IMG/VR virus record: IMGVR_UViG_3300031813_000004
Location: 1-64,000 of that record
DNA: 64,000 nt
From: a virus
Lineage: Duplodnaviria > Caudoviricetes
Direction: 5' to 3' (one strand)
The stretch's first letter is position 1, and every line of letters begins with the position of its first letter. Made by a program: the position numbers and the translations under genes. The notes below the pieces were generated by a model. That model searched no databases. It was not told the origin of the DNA and saw nothing but the letters and a program-made list of their open reading frames with translations. Positions 10,011 to 18,035 of this stretch are shown here, one piece after another.

Positions 10011-10028
10011 TTATATATATAAATTATT
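10011..10028 (+). promoter_or_regulatory. near-copy of the motif (TTATATATATAAATTATT) upstream of the candidate ncRNA and tRNA cluster
   Basis: 16/18 identity to the other two copies. Confidence 0.45.
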
Positions 10029-10150
10029 GAGATAAAGGAATTTGGCTTTGTCTTAAATGTAGTAGAAGTAAAAGTAGTAACCTTTCTTCCTATGGAACCT
10101 AAGGGTAGTGATGACCAAATGTTCACTATCCTTAGGAACTCCATAGAAGT

Positions 10151-10509
10151 AGATTTGTTATTAGTAGTGTTATTCCAAGTTGTTTAAAATAAAGGATCGT
10201 ACAAAAGATATCCGAGCCGGTCTACTCTGATATTAGAAATGGATCTACCGATAATGAGTTGGTCTTCCGTAAAATTCCCGGATGATTGAAATATATCATT
10301 CGGCAAAATTTCGGAAGACTTTAGGCCCCTCCAAGTGTGGAGTGCTGCCTCCTTCGACATCCCGGATCTGGAATATATGTCCCGGCGCATTAAACTCATT
10401 TGATTCACTCTTATAAAAACGATCGCCTTAACGGAGGAAACCGGTAATTAATGTAACCTAGGGACGGTTGGTTATCGGGACTTGGAATAACACTAGTAAT
10501 AATAAATCT
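10151..10509 (+). ncRNA. candidate large structured ncRNA (~360 nt)
   Basis: GC-elevated, no credible ORF; 30-bp terminal inverted repeat 10151-10180/10480-10509 and multiple internal helices. Strand is assumed from context. Confidence 0.6.
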
Positions 10510-10526
10510 TAGAAAGGAATAACATT

Positions 10527-10784
10527 ATGAAATTAATGTGTTGTACTAAATGTGGAGATGTTGTAAGTTTAAGAAGTGATGAAAGAAGTTGTTTTTGTGG
10601 AGAAAGTAAAGGGAAATATAAAGAAGATGGTTTAAATGCAATAATATCAGGGCCATGTATTCCTTTAGGGTTTGCTAATAGTTCTTTCATCAATGCTTTA
10701 AAAAATCAACCTGAAAGGGGAATGGGCAAAGAGTTTACTGCATTTGTAATACAAAAACAATGCAATACAATTGAAATTGTTTAG
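10527..10784 (+). CDS. small Cys-rich (Zn-ribbon) hypothetical protein
   Basis: CxxCGD..CxCG motifs; RBS AAGGA. Confidence 0.7.
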   Translation: MKLMCCTKCGDVVSLRSDERSCFCGESKGKYKEDGLNAIISGPCIPLGFANSSFINALKNQPERGMGKEFTAFVIQKQCNTIEIV

Positions 10785-10833
10785 CCATTTTTAAATGTAA
10801 AGAGAACATATTATACATCTTAAAAAATAGCAA

Positions 10834-10921
10834 GGAGAATTGACCGAGTCAGGTTTATGGTGCCAGTCTTGAAAACTGGAGGACGAAAGTTCCGTGGGTT
10901 CAAATCCTACATTCTCCGCCA
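10834..10921 (+). tRNA. tRNA-Ser(TGA)
   Basis: Cloverleaf with long variable arm, anticodon loop CT-TGA-AA, GGTTCAAATCC, CCA end. Confidence 0.93.
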
Positions 10922-10933
10922 AATTGTTTAAAA

Positions 10934-11019
10934 GGAGATGTGTCCGAGTGGTTGAAGGAGAGGGACTGTAAATCCCTTCTGTAAAAAGCGCTATGGTTCA
11001 AATCCATACATCTCCACCA
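10934..11019 (+). tRNA. tRNA-Tyr(GTA)
   Basis: GGAGATG/CATCTCC acceptor, loop CT-GTA-AA, CCA end. Confidence 0.93.
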
Positions 11020-11061
11020 AAATAATTTTTGTAGTAAAATCAAAAATGAAAGGAGCTAATT

Positions 11062-11217
11062 ATGTTTGTATGTGAATCCTGTAAAGAGCAGCAAGGACCT
11101 GGAGTTCCCTCCCACAAGAAGGTTGTAGAAACTCGCCCTGCATTTTATCCCAATAACAAGACTGGTACTGAAATCGTCAAAGAAATCACCGTCTGCGACA
11201 AGTGCTTGACAGTTTAA
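11062..11217 (+). CDS. 51-aa Zn-ribbon protein
   Basis: RBS AAAGGAG; MFVCESC...GTEIVKEITVCDKC; not in the ORF track. Confidence 0.7.
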   Translation: MFVCESCKEQQGPGVPSHKKVVETRPAFYPNNKTGTEIVKEITVCDKCLTV

Positions 11218-11337
11218 AAGTTTAAGAAGCTGCTGGATACTAATCATATTATTTAGTGAAGCCTTAAATAATTCTAGTTAATTGTCCAAAGAGCTGAAGA
11301 TATACTAGATAAGTCTTTAGTTCACAACCAAATGTAA

Positions 11338-11423
11338 GGGCGGGTATCCGAATGGCACAGGAATCAGACTTAAAATCTGCCGGAGAAGCAATTCTCTTGG
11401 GGGTTCGAATCCCCCTCCGCCTA
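11338..11423 (+). tRNA. tRNA-Leu(TAA)
   Basis: Loop CT-TAA-AA, long variable arm, GGGGGTTCGAATCCCCC; no encoded CCA. Confidence 0.88.
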
Positions 11424-11459
11424 CATTTGAACTTTCTAATTAAAAAAGGATTTTAAAAT

Positions 11460-12269
11460 ATGGATATTGTTGAAGAAATTTTTGATTTGTATGTAAATCA
11501 ATTAATTCCTATCGACAGTATCCATCTAAAATTAAGACCAAGAATAACTATTAGAGAAGTTTATAATATTTGTAATAACTTCAAAGAACAACGTAAAAAA
11601 TTTAGAAAAGAAAACCCGAGAAATAAAAGAGTTTTGCCACATGTTAATTTTTGTTGTATTTATTGTCATAAAGAAATGAATATAAATCCAGACCAAGGAT
11701 TATTAGCACATTTAGGTCATTGTAAAGTTTACAGAGAATTAAACAATAGAGGAATAAGACCAGATGATTTTGGTGATAATAGAGCTTGGAATAGAGGATT
11801 AAAAATTGGAGATAATGAATCTTTAGATAAATTTTATTATTCTGGAAGAAAATCTTTAATTAATAAATATGGAACTGTAGCTGGTCCATTAATAGAATGG
11901 AATAAAACCAAAAATGATTTTAAACATATAAAATATGATGGTAAAGAAATAAGTTTTAGATCTGGTTGGGAATTACAATTAGCAAAAATTTTAGAAAGTG
12001 AAAAAATAAATTATAAATATGAAGAATTAAGATTTGAGTATTTTCATACAGATCAAAATAAGTTAAGAAAATATATACCTGATTTTTATTTACAAGATTA
12101 TAATCTAATTATCGAATTTAAATTAAAACAAAATCTTAATAATTGGACAAATGAAAAGCGAGATTCTGTTAAAAATTCTGGTTATAATTTTACATATGTG
12201 ACAGAAAAAGAATGTAATAAAGATAGTCTTTTAGATATTATTTATAACAAGAATTATAAAGATAGTTAA
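11460..12269 (+). CDS. free-standing PD-(D/E)XK homing-endonuclease-like protein within the tRNA cluster
   Basis: CxxC..H..HC, AWNRGL, FRSGWE..YE..YIPDFYL..IIEFK. Confidence 0.75.
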   Translation: MDIVEEIFDLYVNQLIPIDSIHLKLRPRITIREVYNICNNFKEQRKKFRKENPRNKRVLPHVNFCCIYCHKEMNINPDQGLLAHLGHCKVYRELNNRGIRPDDFGDNRAWNRGLKIGDNESLDKFYYSGRKSLINKYGTVAGPLIEWNKTKNDFKHIKYDGKEISFRSGWELQLAKILESEKINYKYEELRFEYFHTDQNKLRKYIPDFYLQDYNLIIEFKLKQNLNNWTNEKRDSVKNSGYNFTYVTEKECNKDSLLDIIYNKNYKDS

Positions 12270-12277
12270 TTTCACCT

Positions 12278-12358
12278 TATCGTGTAGCTCAGATACTTAG
12301 AGCGCCCTCACCATAAATGACAAGAGGGAGGTCGGATCCTTGTAGAATCCCACGATAA
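12278..12358 (+). ncRNA. aberrant tRNA-like RNA or tRNA pseudogene
   Basis: Acceptor TATCGTG/CACGATA, D arm TAGCTCAG..AGAGC, stem CCCTC/GAGGG with a 14-nt loop, non-canonical T loop. Confidence 0.55.
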
Positions 12359-12368
12359 TCAAATTTAT

Positions 12369-12445
12369 TCCCATTTAACTCAGTTGGGTAGAGTGTCTGA
12401 CTGTTAATCAGAATGTCCGTGGTTCGAGCCCACGAATGGGAGCCA
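12369..12445 (+). tRNA. tRNA-Asn(GTT)
   Basis: Loop CT-GTT-AA, GGTTCGAGCCC, CCA end. Confidence 0.93.
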
Positions 12446-12493
12446 ATTAAAAATTTTTAATCACAACTAAATAACTCTAAAAAAGGAATAAAA

Positions 12494-12751
12494 ATGAAAA
12501 AATTATTTTTGACTTTATTAATGGGACTTATTTTTTCAATTAACTCATTTGCAGTAGATGCAGTTGATATTAATACTGCAACTGAAGCACAACTCCGTGT
12601 TGTTCCAGGGATTGGTCAGGTATATGCAGCAAAGATTATTGCAAATAGACCATATGGTGGAAAAGATGAATTAGTTACAAAAAATATTATACCTAAAGCA
12701 CTTTACCCAAAAGTTAAAGATAAGTTAATTGCTAAACAGATTAAGAAATAG
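12494..12751 (+). CDS. ComEA-like helix-hairpin-helix DNA-binding protein with signal peptide
   Basis: N-terminal signal peptide; VDINTAT..L..VPGIG..A.KIIANRPY. Confidence 0.85.
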   Translation: MKKLFLTLLMGLIFSINSFAVDAVDINTATEAQLRVVPGIGQVYAAKIIANRPYGGKDELVTKNIIPKALYPKVKDKLIAKQIKK

Positions 12752-12757
12752 TTTTAA

Positions 12758-12835
12758 GTGCCCTTAGCTCAGCCAGGAAAGAGCAGAAGCCTTCTAAGCT
12801 TAAGGTCACAGGTTCAAATCCTGTAGGGCATACCA
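12758..12835 (+). tRNA. tRNA-Arg(TCT)
   Basis: Loop CT-TCT-AA, GGTTCAAATCC, CCA end. Confidence 0.92.
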
Positions 12836-12860
12836 TTTTTGAACTCACCATAAAAGGTGA

Positions 12861-12897
12861 TAATGATAGTATGGGTTCGATCCCCATTCATTAACCA
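12861..12897 (+). ncRNA. tRNA minihelix-like element (acceptor stem + T arm + ACCA)
   Basis: TAATGA-tagt-ATGGG-TTCGATC-CCCAT-TCATTA-ACCA. Confidence 0.45.
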
Positions 12898-13061
12898 AGG
12901 ACTGGTGTGAAGGGAGCTAGGTTCAATTCCTAGTGATATGTTCTTTAGTCAATAAACTAAAGATAACTCAGGTGAGACAAATGGTTAGGCCGGCACGACC
13001 TTTAAAGTATTGACGGAATTCAATACAGGTGTGTAGTTATAATTTTTTAAAAGGAAAATCT

Positions 13062-13346
13062 ATGAAAATAATTGAAATTGAAGGTCATAAAATTGGAATA
13101 TTGAATCAACAAGAATATCAAGAAAGAACTATAAATATAGCTAAAGGAATAGAAGTTGAAAATCCTGAATTAAAATTATTTGCATCAGACGAAGAAGGTG
13201 CAAAAAGATGTGTTAAATTAAAAGGAATAGAAAAAGTATTTATTTGTAAAAAAGAAGATTGTAAATATTGTAATATAAATACATTAGATGATACTTGTGA
13301 TGCATTATTAGAAGTACGATTAAAATGTCCAGAATATAATAAATAA
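13062..13346 (+). CDS. hypothetical protein
   Basis: Start moved to the ATG after AAAGGAAAA; Cys-rich C-terminus. Confidence 0.65.
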   Translation: MKIIEIEGHKIGILNQQEYQERTINIAKGIEVENPELKLFASDEEGAKRCVKLKGIEKVFICKKEDCKYCNINTLDDTCDALLEVRLKCPEYNK

Positions 13347-13354
13347 ATTTATCT

Positions 13355-13431
13355 CGGTGTGTAGCGCAGTCTGGCAGCGCACTTGCCTTGGGAGCAAGGG
13401 GCCGGAGGTTCGAATCCTCTCACACCGACCA
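13355..13431 (+). tRNA. tRNA-Pro(TGG)
   Basis: CGGTGTG acceptor, loop CT-TGG-GA, CCA end. Confidence 0.95.
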
Positions 13432-13442
13432 ATTTTTAATAA

Positions 13443-13518
13443 GCCGGATTAGCTCAGTTGGTAGAGCAGCTGACCTGTAATCAGCTGGTCGCAGGTTCGA
13501 CCCCTGTATCCGGCTCCA
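13443..13518 (+). tRNA. tRNA-Thr(TGT)
   Basis: GCCGGAT acceptor, loop CC-TGT-AA (C33), CCA end. Confidence 0.9.
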
Positions 13519-13526
13519 ATTTTTAA

Positions 13527-13601
13527 AGGGGTGTCGCCAAGTGGTAAGGCATCAGATTTTGATTCTGACATTCAGAGGTTCGACCCCTCTCACCCCTGCC
13601 A
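13527..13601 (+). tRNA. tRNA-Gln(TTG)
   Basis: Loop TT-TTG-AT, CCA end. Confidence 0.93.
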
Positions 13602-13615
13602 TTTAGGAGTTAAAT

Positions 13616-13759
13616 ATGAGAGTTGAATTTGTAGCAAAACGAAAAAATATGTTATACCAAAGAATATTTATATCATCTAGAACACCTATTGGAATAGTAT
13701 TTGATATGATCGATAAATATGAAAAATTAGGTTATATAACTAAATTTAAAGATAATTAA
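13616..13759 (+). CDS. 47-aa hypothetical protein
   Basis: RBS AGGAG; MRVEFVAKRKN... Confidence 0.55.
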   Translation: MRVEFVAKRKNMLYQRIFISSRTPIGIVFDMIDKYEKLGYITKFKDN

Positions 13760-13769
13760 TAAATTTAAT

Positions 13770-13846
13770 GGGTCTTTAGCTCATCTGGTTAGAGCAGCAG
13801 ACTCATAATCTGCAGGTGCTCGGTTCGACTCCGAGAGGACCCACCA
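13770..13846 (+). tRNA. tRNA with CAT anticodon (likely Ile2; elongator Met possible)
   Basis: Loop CT-CAT-AA; body resembles bacterial tRNA-Ile2; CCA end. Confidence 0.9.
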
Positions 13847-13853
13847 TTTAATT

Positions 13854-13884
13854 AACCTCCAACATACTCAATGTGTTGGAGGTT
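13854..13884 (+). terminator. hairpin after the tRNA cluster
   Basis: AACCTCCAACAT...GTGTTGGAGGTT. Confidence 0.5.
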
Positions 13885-13915
13885 ACAATCCACTAGAAAT
13901 TTAAAAAGGAGAATT

Positions 13916-14173
13916 ATGGCAGAGTATTATGAAAGGAAAATTAAGGATGATGAATTGAGTAATGCTCTAACTTTAATTCCAAATTTTTTGGCTACAATTA
14001 AATTAGAAAAAGGAAATCCAGAAATAGTTTTAGATATAGTAAATGAAGATAAATTATGTGAATCTTTAAATGAAATGTTTAAATGTTTAAATTTAAAAGA
14101 AAAAGAAAATACAGTTGTAGATGTAAAAATTTCAAAAAACAATAAAATTATTGCAATATTAGTAAAACCATAA
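13916..14173 (+). CDS. hypothetical protein
   Basis: Start moved to the ATG after AGGAGA. Confidence 0.65.
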   Translation: MAEYYERKIKDDELSNALTLIPNFLATIKLEKGNPEIVLDIVNEDKLCESLNEMFKCLNLKEKENTVVDVKISKNNKIIAILVKP

Positions 14174-14183
14174 AGGAGGTTTT

Positions 14184-14339
14184 ATGCAAGATAAATTCAA
14201 AGAATATTGGGAAACTAATAAAGAAAAATTATCTCAATGTACACCTGAAACAATTGCAAAAAATGCTTTTTTTACAGCACTTGAATTAAGTATTGATACA
14301 CAACTGAATTTTATGCAACATCCTATAGGTCATGACTAA
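14184..14339 (+). CDS. 51-aa hypothetical protein
   Basis: RBS AAGGAGG; MQDKFKEYWE... Confidence 0.6.
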   Translation: MQDKFKEYWETNKEKLSQCTPETIAKNAFFTALELSIDTQLNFMQHPIGHD

Positions 14340-14363
14340 TTACAATTAAAAAGGAGATTTATC

Positions 14364-16439
14364 ATGGAATTTATCGTATTTAAGAGAGCAATTCAAACCC
14401 AATTTAAAAAAATGAAAAAACATGAATTATTTAGGGTAACGGTTGATAAAGATCTCCTTTGGAATACATATCTTGATAGTTTTCCTGAAGGAACAAATCC
14501 AATTTTCAAAGAAAGAAGAAAATATGATTGTAATTGTTGCAAAAGTTTTATTAGTTCTGCAGGAAATATGGTAGCAATAATTAATGGAAAAATTGAAAGT
14601 ATTTGGGATGTTCAAGTTGGTGGACATTATCAAGTAGTAGCAGATGCTCTTTCAGCAATGATTAAATTGTGTCCAATAGAAAATGTTTTTTATCATACTG
14701 AAAGAGTTGCTGGAACAGATAAAAACTTTCAGGATTTAATGGATGGAAAAATTGCAACATGGAATCATTTTTTCATTAATATTCCTGATAATTTTGTATT
14801 AAAAGGTGAAGAATTAGGACCTAGATTATCTGACACAAGATCATTAAAAGAAGTATTGTTTAGAAGTTTAAAAGAAATAACAATTGATTCCATTCAAACA
14901 GTTTTAGAATTAATAGACCAAAATTCAATATATCGTGGAAAAGATCATGAATTTGCTGTAAATGCATTTTTAGAATTAAAGAAAGAATTTGATAAGATAC
15001 CAAATGAATTAGATAAAGAATTATTTTGTTGGGTTAAATTTAATACAGTCCCTGGTTCTGTTTCTAAAATAAGAAATACTTCAATAGGTACATTATTAAC
15101 AGATTTATCAGGAAATGTAGAATTAGAAAAAGCAGTTAAAACATTTGAAAAAATGGTAGCTCCTGAGAATTATAAAAGGTCAACAGCATTAGCTTCAAAA
15201 TCAATGATTGAATCAGCTCAGAAAAAAATTGAAGAATTAGGTCTTTTATCTGCTCTTGAGCGTAGACCTGCAACAATTGATGATATTACAATTAATAATG
15301 TTATGTGGGCTAATCGTGAATCAAAAAAGTCCATGAATGAAAATATCTTTGATAAATTAGCAAAAGAAACTCCAGAAAAAGTAAAAAATTATGACAAAGT
15401 AGAAGAAATGACAATAGAACAGTTTATTACAAATATTTTACCAAAAGCAAATTCTTTGGAAATAATGTTTGAAAATAGTCATATTAATAATTTGGTTAGT
15501 TTAATTGCTCCATTAGATCCAACATCAGGGAATATGTTTAAATGGGATAATAAATTCTGTTGGGATTATAATGGTTGTGTTGCTGATAGTATGAGACAAA
15601 GAGTTAGTGAACTTGGAGGCAGAGTTGATGGAGCTTTAAGGTTCACTCATTCATGGAATCATCCTGATGTTGGACGTAATGCAAGTTTAATGGATTTACA
15701 TGTATTCATGCCTGGTTCATCTAAACATGAAGGAGATGTAAATTATGAATACCCTACTGGAAGAAGAGTTGGTTGGAATTTAAGAAAAGACTTTCATTCT
15801 CGTGCATCACAAGATGTAGATTATGTTAATGCAGCACCAGATGGTTATATTCCAATTGAGAATATATCATTCCCAGATATTAAACTTATGCCTGAAGGAA
15901 AATATACCTTCAAAATTCATAACTGGAAGTTTAGAGCTCCCACAACTTCTGGATTTAAAGCTGAGATTGAATTTGCAGGCCAGATATTTAGTTATGATCA
16001 TCCTGCTCCATTGAAAAATAAAGAATGGGTAACATTGGCAGAAGTGACATTGAAAAATGGAGTATTTACAATTGAGCATAAACTTACATCAAAACAGTCT
16101 TCTGTTATTAAATGGAATATTGCAACTCAGGTATTTCATAATATAAATGTTATGATGTTATCTCCTAATTTCTGGGATGGACAAGGTGTAGGTAATAAGC
16201 ATTATTTCTTCATGTTGAATAATTGTTTTAATGATGGAAAAGTAAGGGGTTTTTATAATGAATTTTTAAAGGAGGAATTAAACGTCCACAGAAAAGTATT
16301 TGAAATGGTTGGATCTAAAATGAGTACAGTAGGAACAGAAAGGCAATTAAGTGGTTTAGGTTTTTCAGTAACACAACGAAACAGTGTATTATGTAGGGTC
16401 AAAGGAAGCTTCAGCCGAGTAGTTAAAATAAATTTTTAA
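14364..16439 (+). CDS. large conserved phage hypothetical protein (CxCC motif; YfaP/DUF2135-like DLHV region)
   Basis: DCNCCKSFI, MDLHV..DVD..ENI segment. Confidence 0.75.
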   Translation: MEFIVFKRAIQTQFKKMKKHELFRVTVDKDLLWNTYLDSFPEGTNPIFKERRKYDCNCCKSFISSAGNMVAIINGKIESIWDVQVGGHYQVVADALSAMIKLCPIENVFYHTERVAGTDKNFQDLMDGKIATWNHFFINIPDNFVLKGEELGPRLSDTRSLKEVLFRSLKEITIDSIQTVLELIDQNSIYRGKDHEFAVNAFLELKKEFDKIPNELDKELFCWVKFNTVPGSVSKIRNTSIGTLLTDLSGNVELEKAVKTFEKMVAPENYKRSTALASKSMIESAQKKIEELGLLSALERRPATIDDITINNVMWANRESKKSMNENIFDKLAKETPEKVKNYDKVEEMTIEQFITNILPKANSLEIMFENSHINNLVSLIAPLDPTSGNMFKWDNKFCWDYNGCVADSMRQRVSELGGRVDGALRFTHSWNHPDVGRNASLMDLHVFMPGSSKHEGDVNYEYPTGRRVGWNLRKDFHSRASQDVDYVNAAPDGYIPIENISFPDIKLMPEGKYTFKIHNWKFRAPTTSGFKAEIEFAGQIFSYDHPAPLKNKEWVTLAEVTLKNGVFTIEHKLTSKQSSVIKWNIATQVFHNINVMMLSPNFWDGQGVGNKHYFFMLNNCFNDGKVRGFYNEFLKEELNVHRKVFEMVGSKMSTVGTERQLSGLGFSVTQRNSVLCRVKGSFSRVVKINF

Positions 16440-16458
16440 CACAAAAAAGGAGAAAAAA

Positions 16459-16851
16459 ATGGGAATCTTTCAGAAAGCCAGTCGTCTTAAATTGAAAATT
16501 GAAACTACTAGAGGTCCTTTAAATGTGGAAGATCTTTGGGATCTGCCTTTAACTACCACAAAACCCGGTCCTTGCTTGGATGAACTTTACAAAACATTTA
16601 ACCGTCAGTTGAAGGAAACTGAAACTGAAAGTTTGGTAGTTTCATCTAACAAGGTAAATGAACTCCTTCAATTGAAGTTTGATATTGTAAAGGAAATCAT
16701 TGTTACCAAACTTGAAGAAAATAAGGCTGCTTCTGAGATGAAAGCTAATAAAGAAAATACTCAGAAAATTCTCGGAATCATCTCAGAAAAAGAAGACGAA
16801 AAACTTAAGAACCTTTCAGTTGAGGAACTTAAAGCTCTTCTCCCCAAGTAA
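16459..16851 (+). CDS. hypothetical protein (partner of the upstream gene)
   Basis: RBS; LNVEDLWDLPL motif; coiled-coil C-terminus. Confidence 0.75.
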   Translation: MGIFQKASRLKLKIETTRGPLNVEDLWDLPLTTTKPGPCLDELYKTFNRQLKETETESLVVSSNKVNELLQLKFDIVKEIIVTKLEENKAASEMKANKENTQKILGIISEKEDEKLKNLSVEELKALLPK

Positions 16852-17430
16852 GTGATCTTTATAAATAAATAGAACAAAAAAATATGGAGATGATTTGTGG
16901 GGTACTTGGTCATCTCTATATTCTTAAAATCAAGGACCCCATAAATTATTATCTCAATATTTTAAATGAGTGAGGTGATTACCAAAGAAATCATACAAAT
17001 GATTAACCCATTTTACTAGCGAATAAAACAAACAAGGAAAAACAAATTAAACAAAATGAAAAGTTCATGTAGAAAACAATTTTACAAAAACGATTATATT
17101 CCTACAATCCGCTGTTAAATTTTTTGGAAATTGAAATGGCTGATATTGGTTGGAAAACTAAATTACGGAGAAGAATTGAAGACCATCTCCGTAAAAATGA
17201 AGATCCAAAATTACTAATAACAATTGCTAAAATTGCAAAAATAAATATTGAAGATTTGAATGTACCAAAGAAAGAGTAAATTTTGGCATCGCTTGGTGAA
17301 AACTCACTAGCACCGCTAAAATAGGATTATATTTACTTTTAATTAAGTGAATATTTTTCTATTTTATTGGTGCTAGTGACTATGATTTGTTACCGGTTTT
17401 TTCTTCAAATTTCTTATCCTGGGGGAATAA

Positions 17431-18033
17431 ATGAAAGTAATTGCAACTGAAAAATATATTGAGAAATTAGGAGCTGATGTATATCCCATTACTATTGTAA
17501 AGTTTTTATTAAATAAAAAAAGGATTCTATCTTATTTTAAACGAGTAATTGAAAATAAACAAATTGAAGAGGAAGCCCTTAATTTAGACACTGTGAATTG
17601 TAATGATTGTTTAAAAAATAGAGAACAGAATATTTTATGCAGACCACATACATCAATACATAGAGTTTTAGATTCTGAAAATGTTGCAATTGATTTAGAT
17701 ACAAATACCTATTTTTATAAAAATGAAATATTCAAAATGATTGGTAATAAATTAGCAATAGTTTATTGTCCTCATACTAAATTGATTACAAATTCAATAA
17801 CTGACTCAAAAATTAGAAAGGTCAATACGAGTCTATTTATTGATGAAAAAATACAATTGCCAGTATTTAAAACAGTCAATGAGTTTCTATCTACAACCCT
17901 GTTGGAACAACACATGAAGTGTTGGTTTAACGATGACTTTTCTATTATTACTATACCTAATGATAGGAATTATTCAAATTACTGCTTAGTACCAAACAAG
18001 AAGGAAAATCAGACAAAAGGGGGATTCAACTAA
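17431..18033 (+). CDS. hypothetical protein
   Basis: ORF with CxxC..C.H motif. Confidence 0.7.
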   Translation: MKVIATEKYIEKLGADVYPITIVKFLLNKKRILSYFKRVIENKQIEEEALNLDTVNCNDCLKNREQNILCRPHTSIHRVLDSENVAIDLDTNTYFYKNEIFKMIGNKLAIVYCPHTKLITNSITDSKIRKVNTSLFIDEKIQLPVFKTVNEFLSTTLLEQHMKCWFNDDFSIITIPNDRNYSNYCLVPNKKENQTKGGFN

Positions 18034-18035
18034 AA

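Noticed and set aside
10184-10408. Minus-strand 74-aa ORF; also tmRNA or retron ncRNA for this region
   Set aside because: Against the strand bias, no RBS; no tRNA-like ends or tag peptide; no reverse transcriptase in the window.
16873-16884. AR9-like AACA-N6-TA late promoter
   Set aside because: Too little information in such AT-rich DNA; similar AGAACA sites at ~9381 and ~10803 do not fit the spacing.
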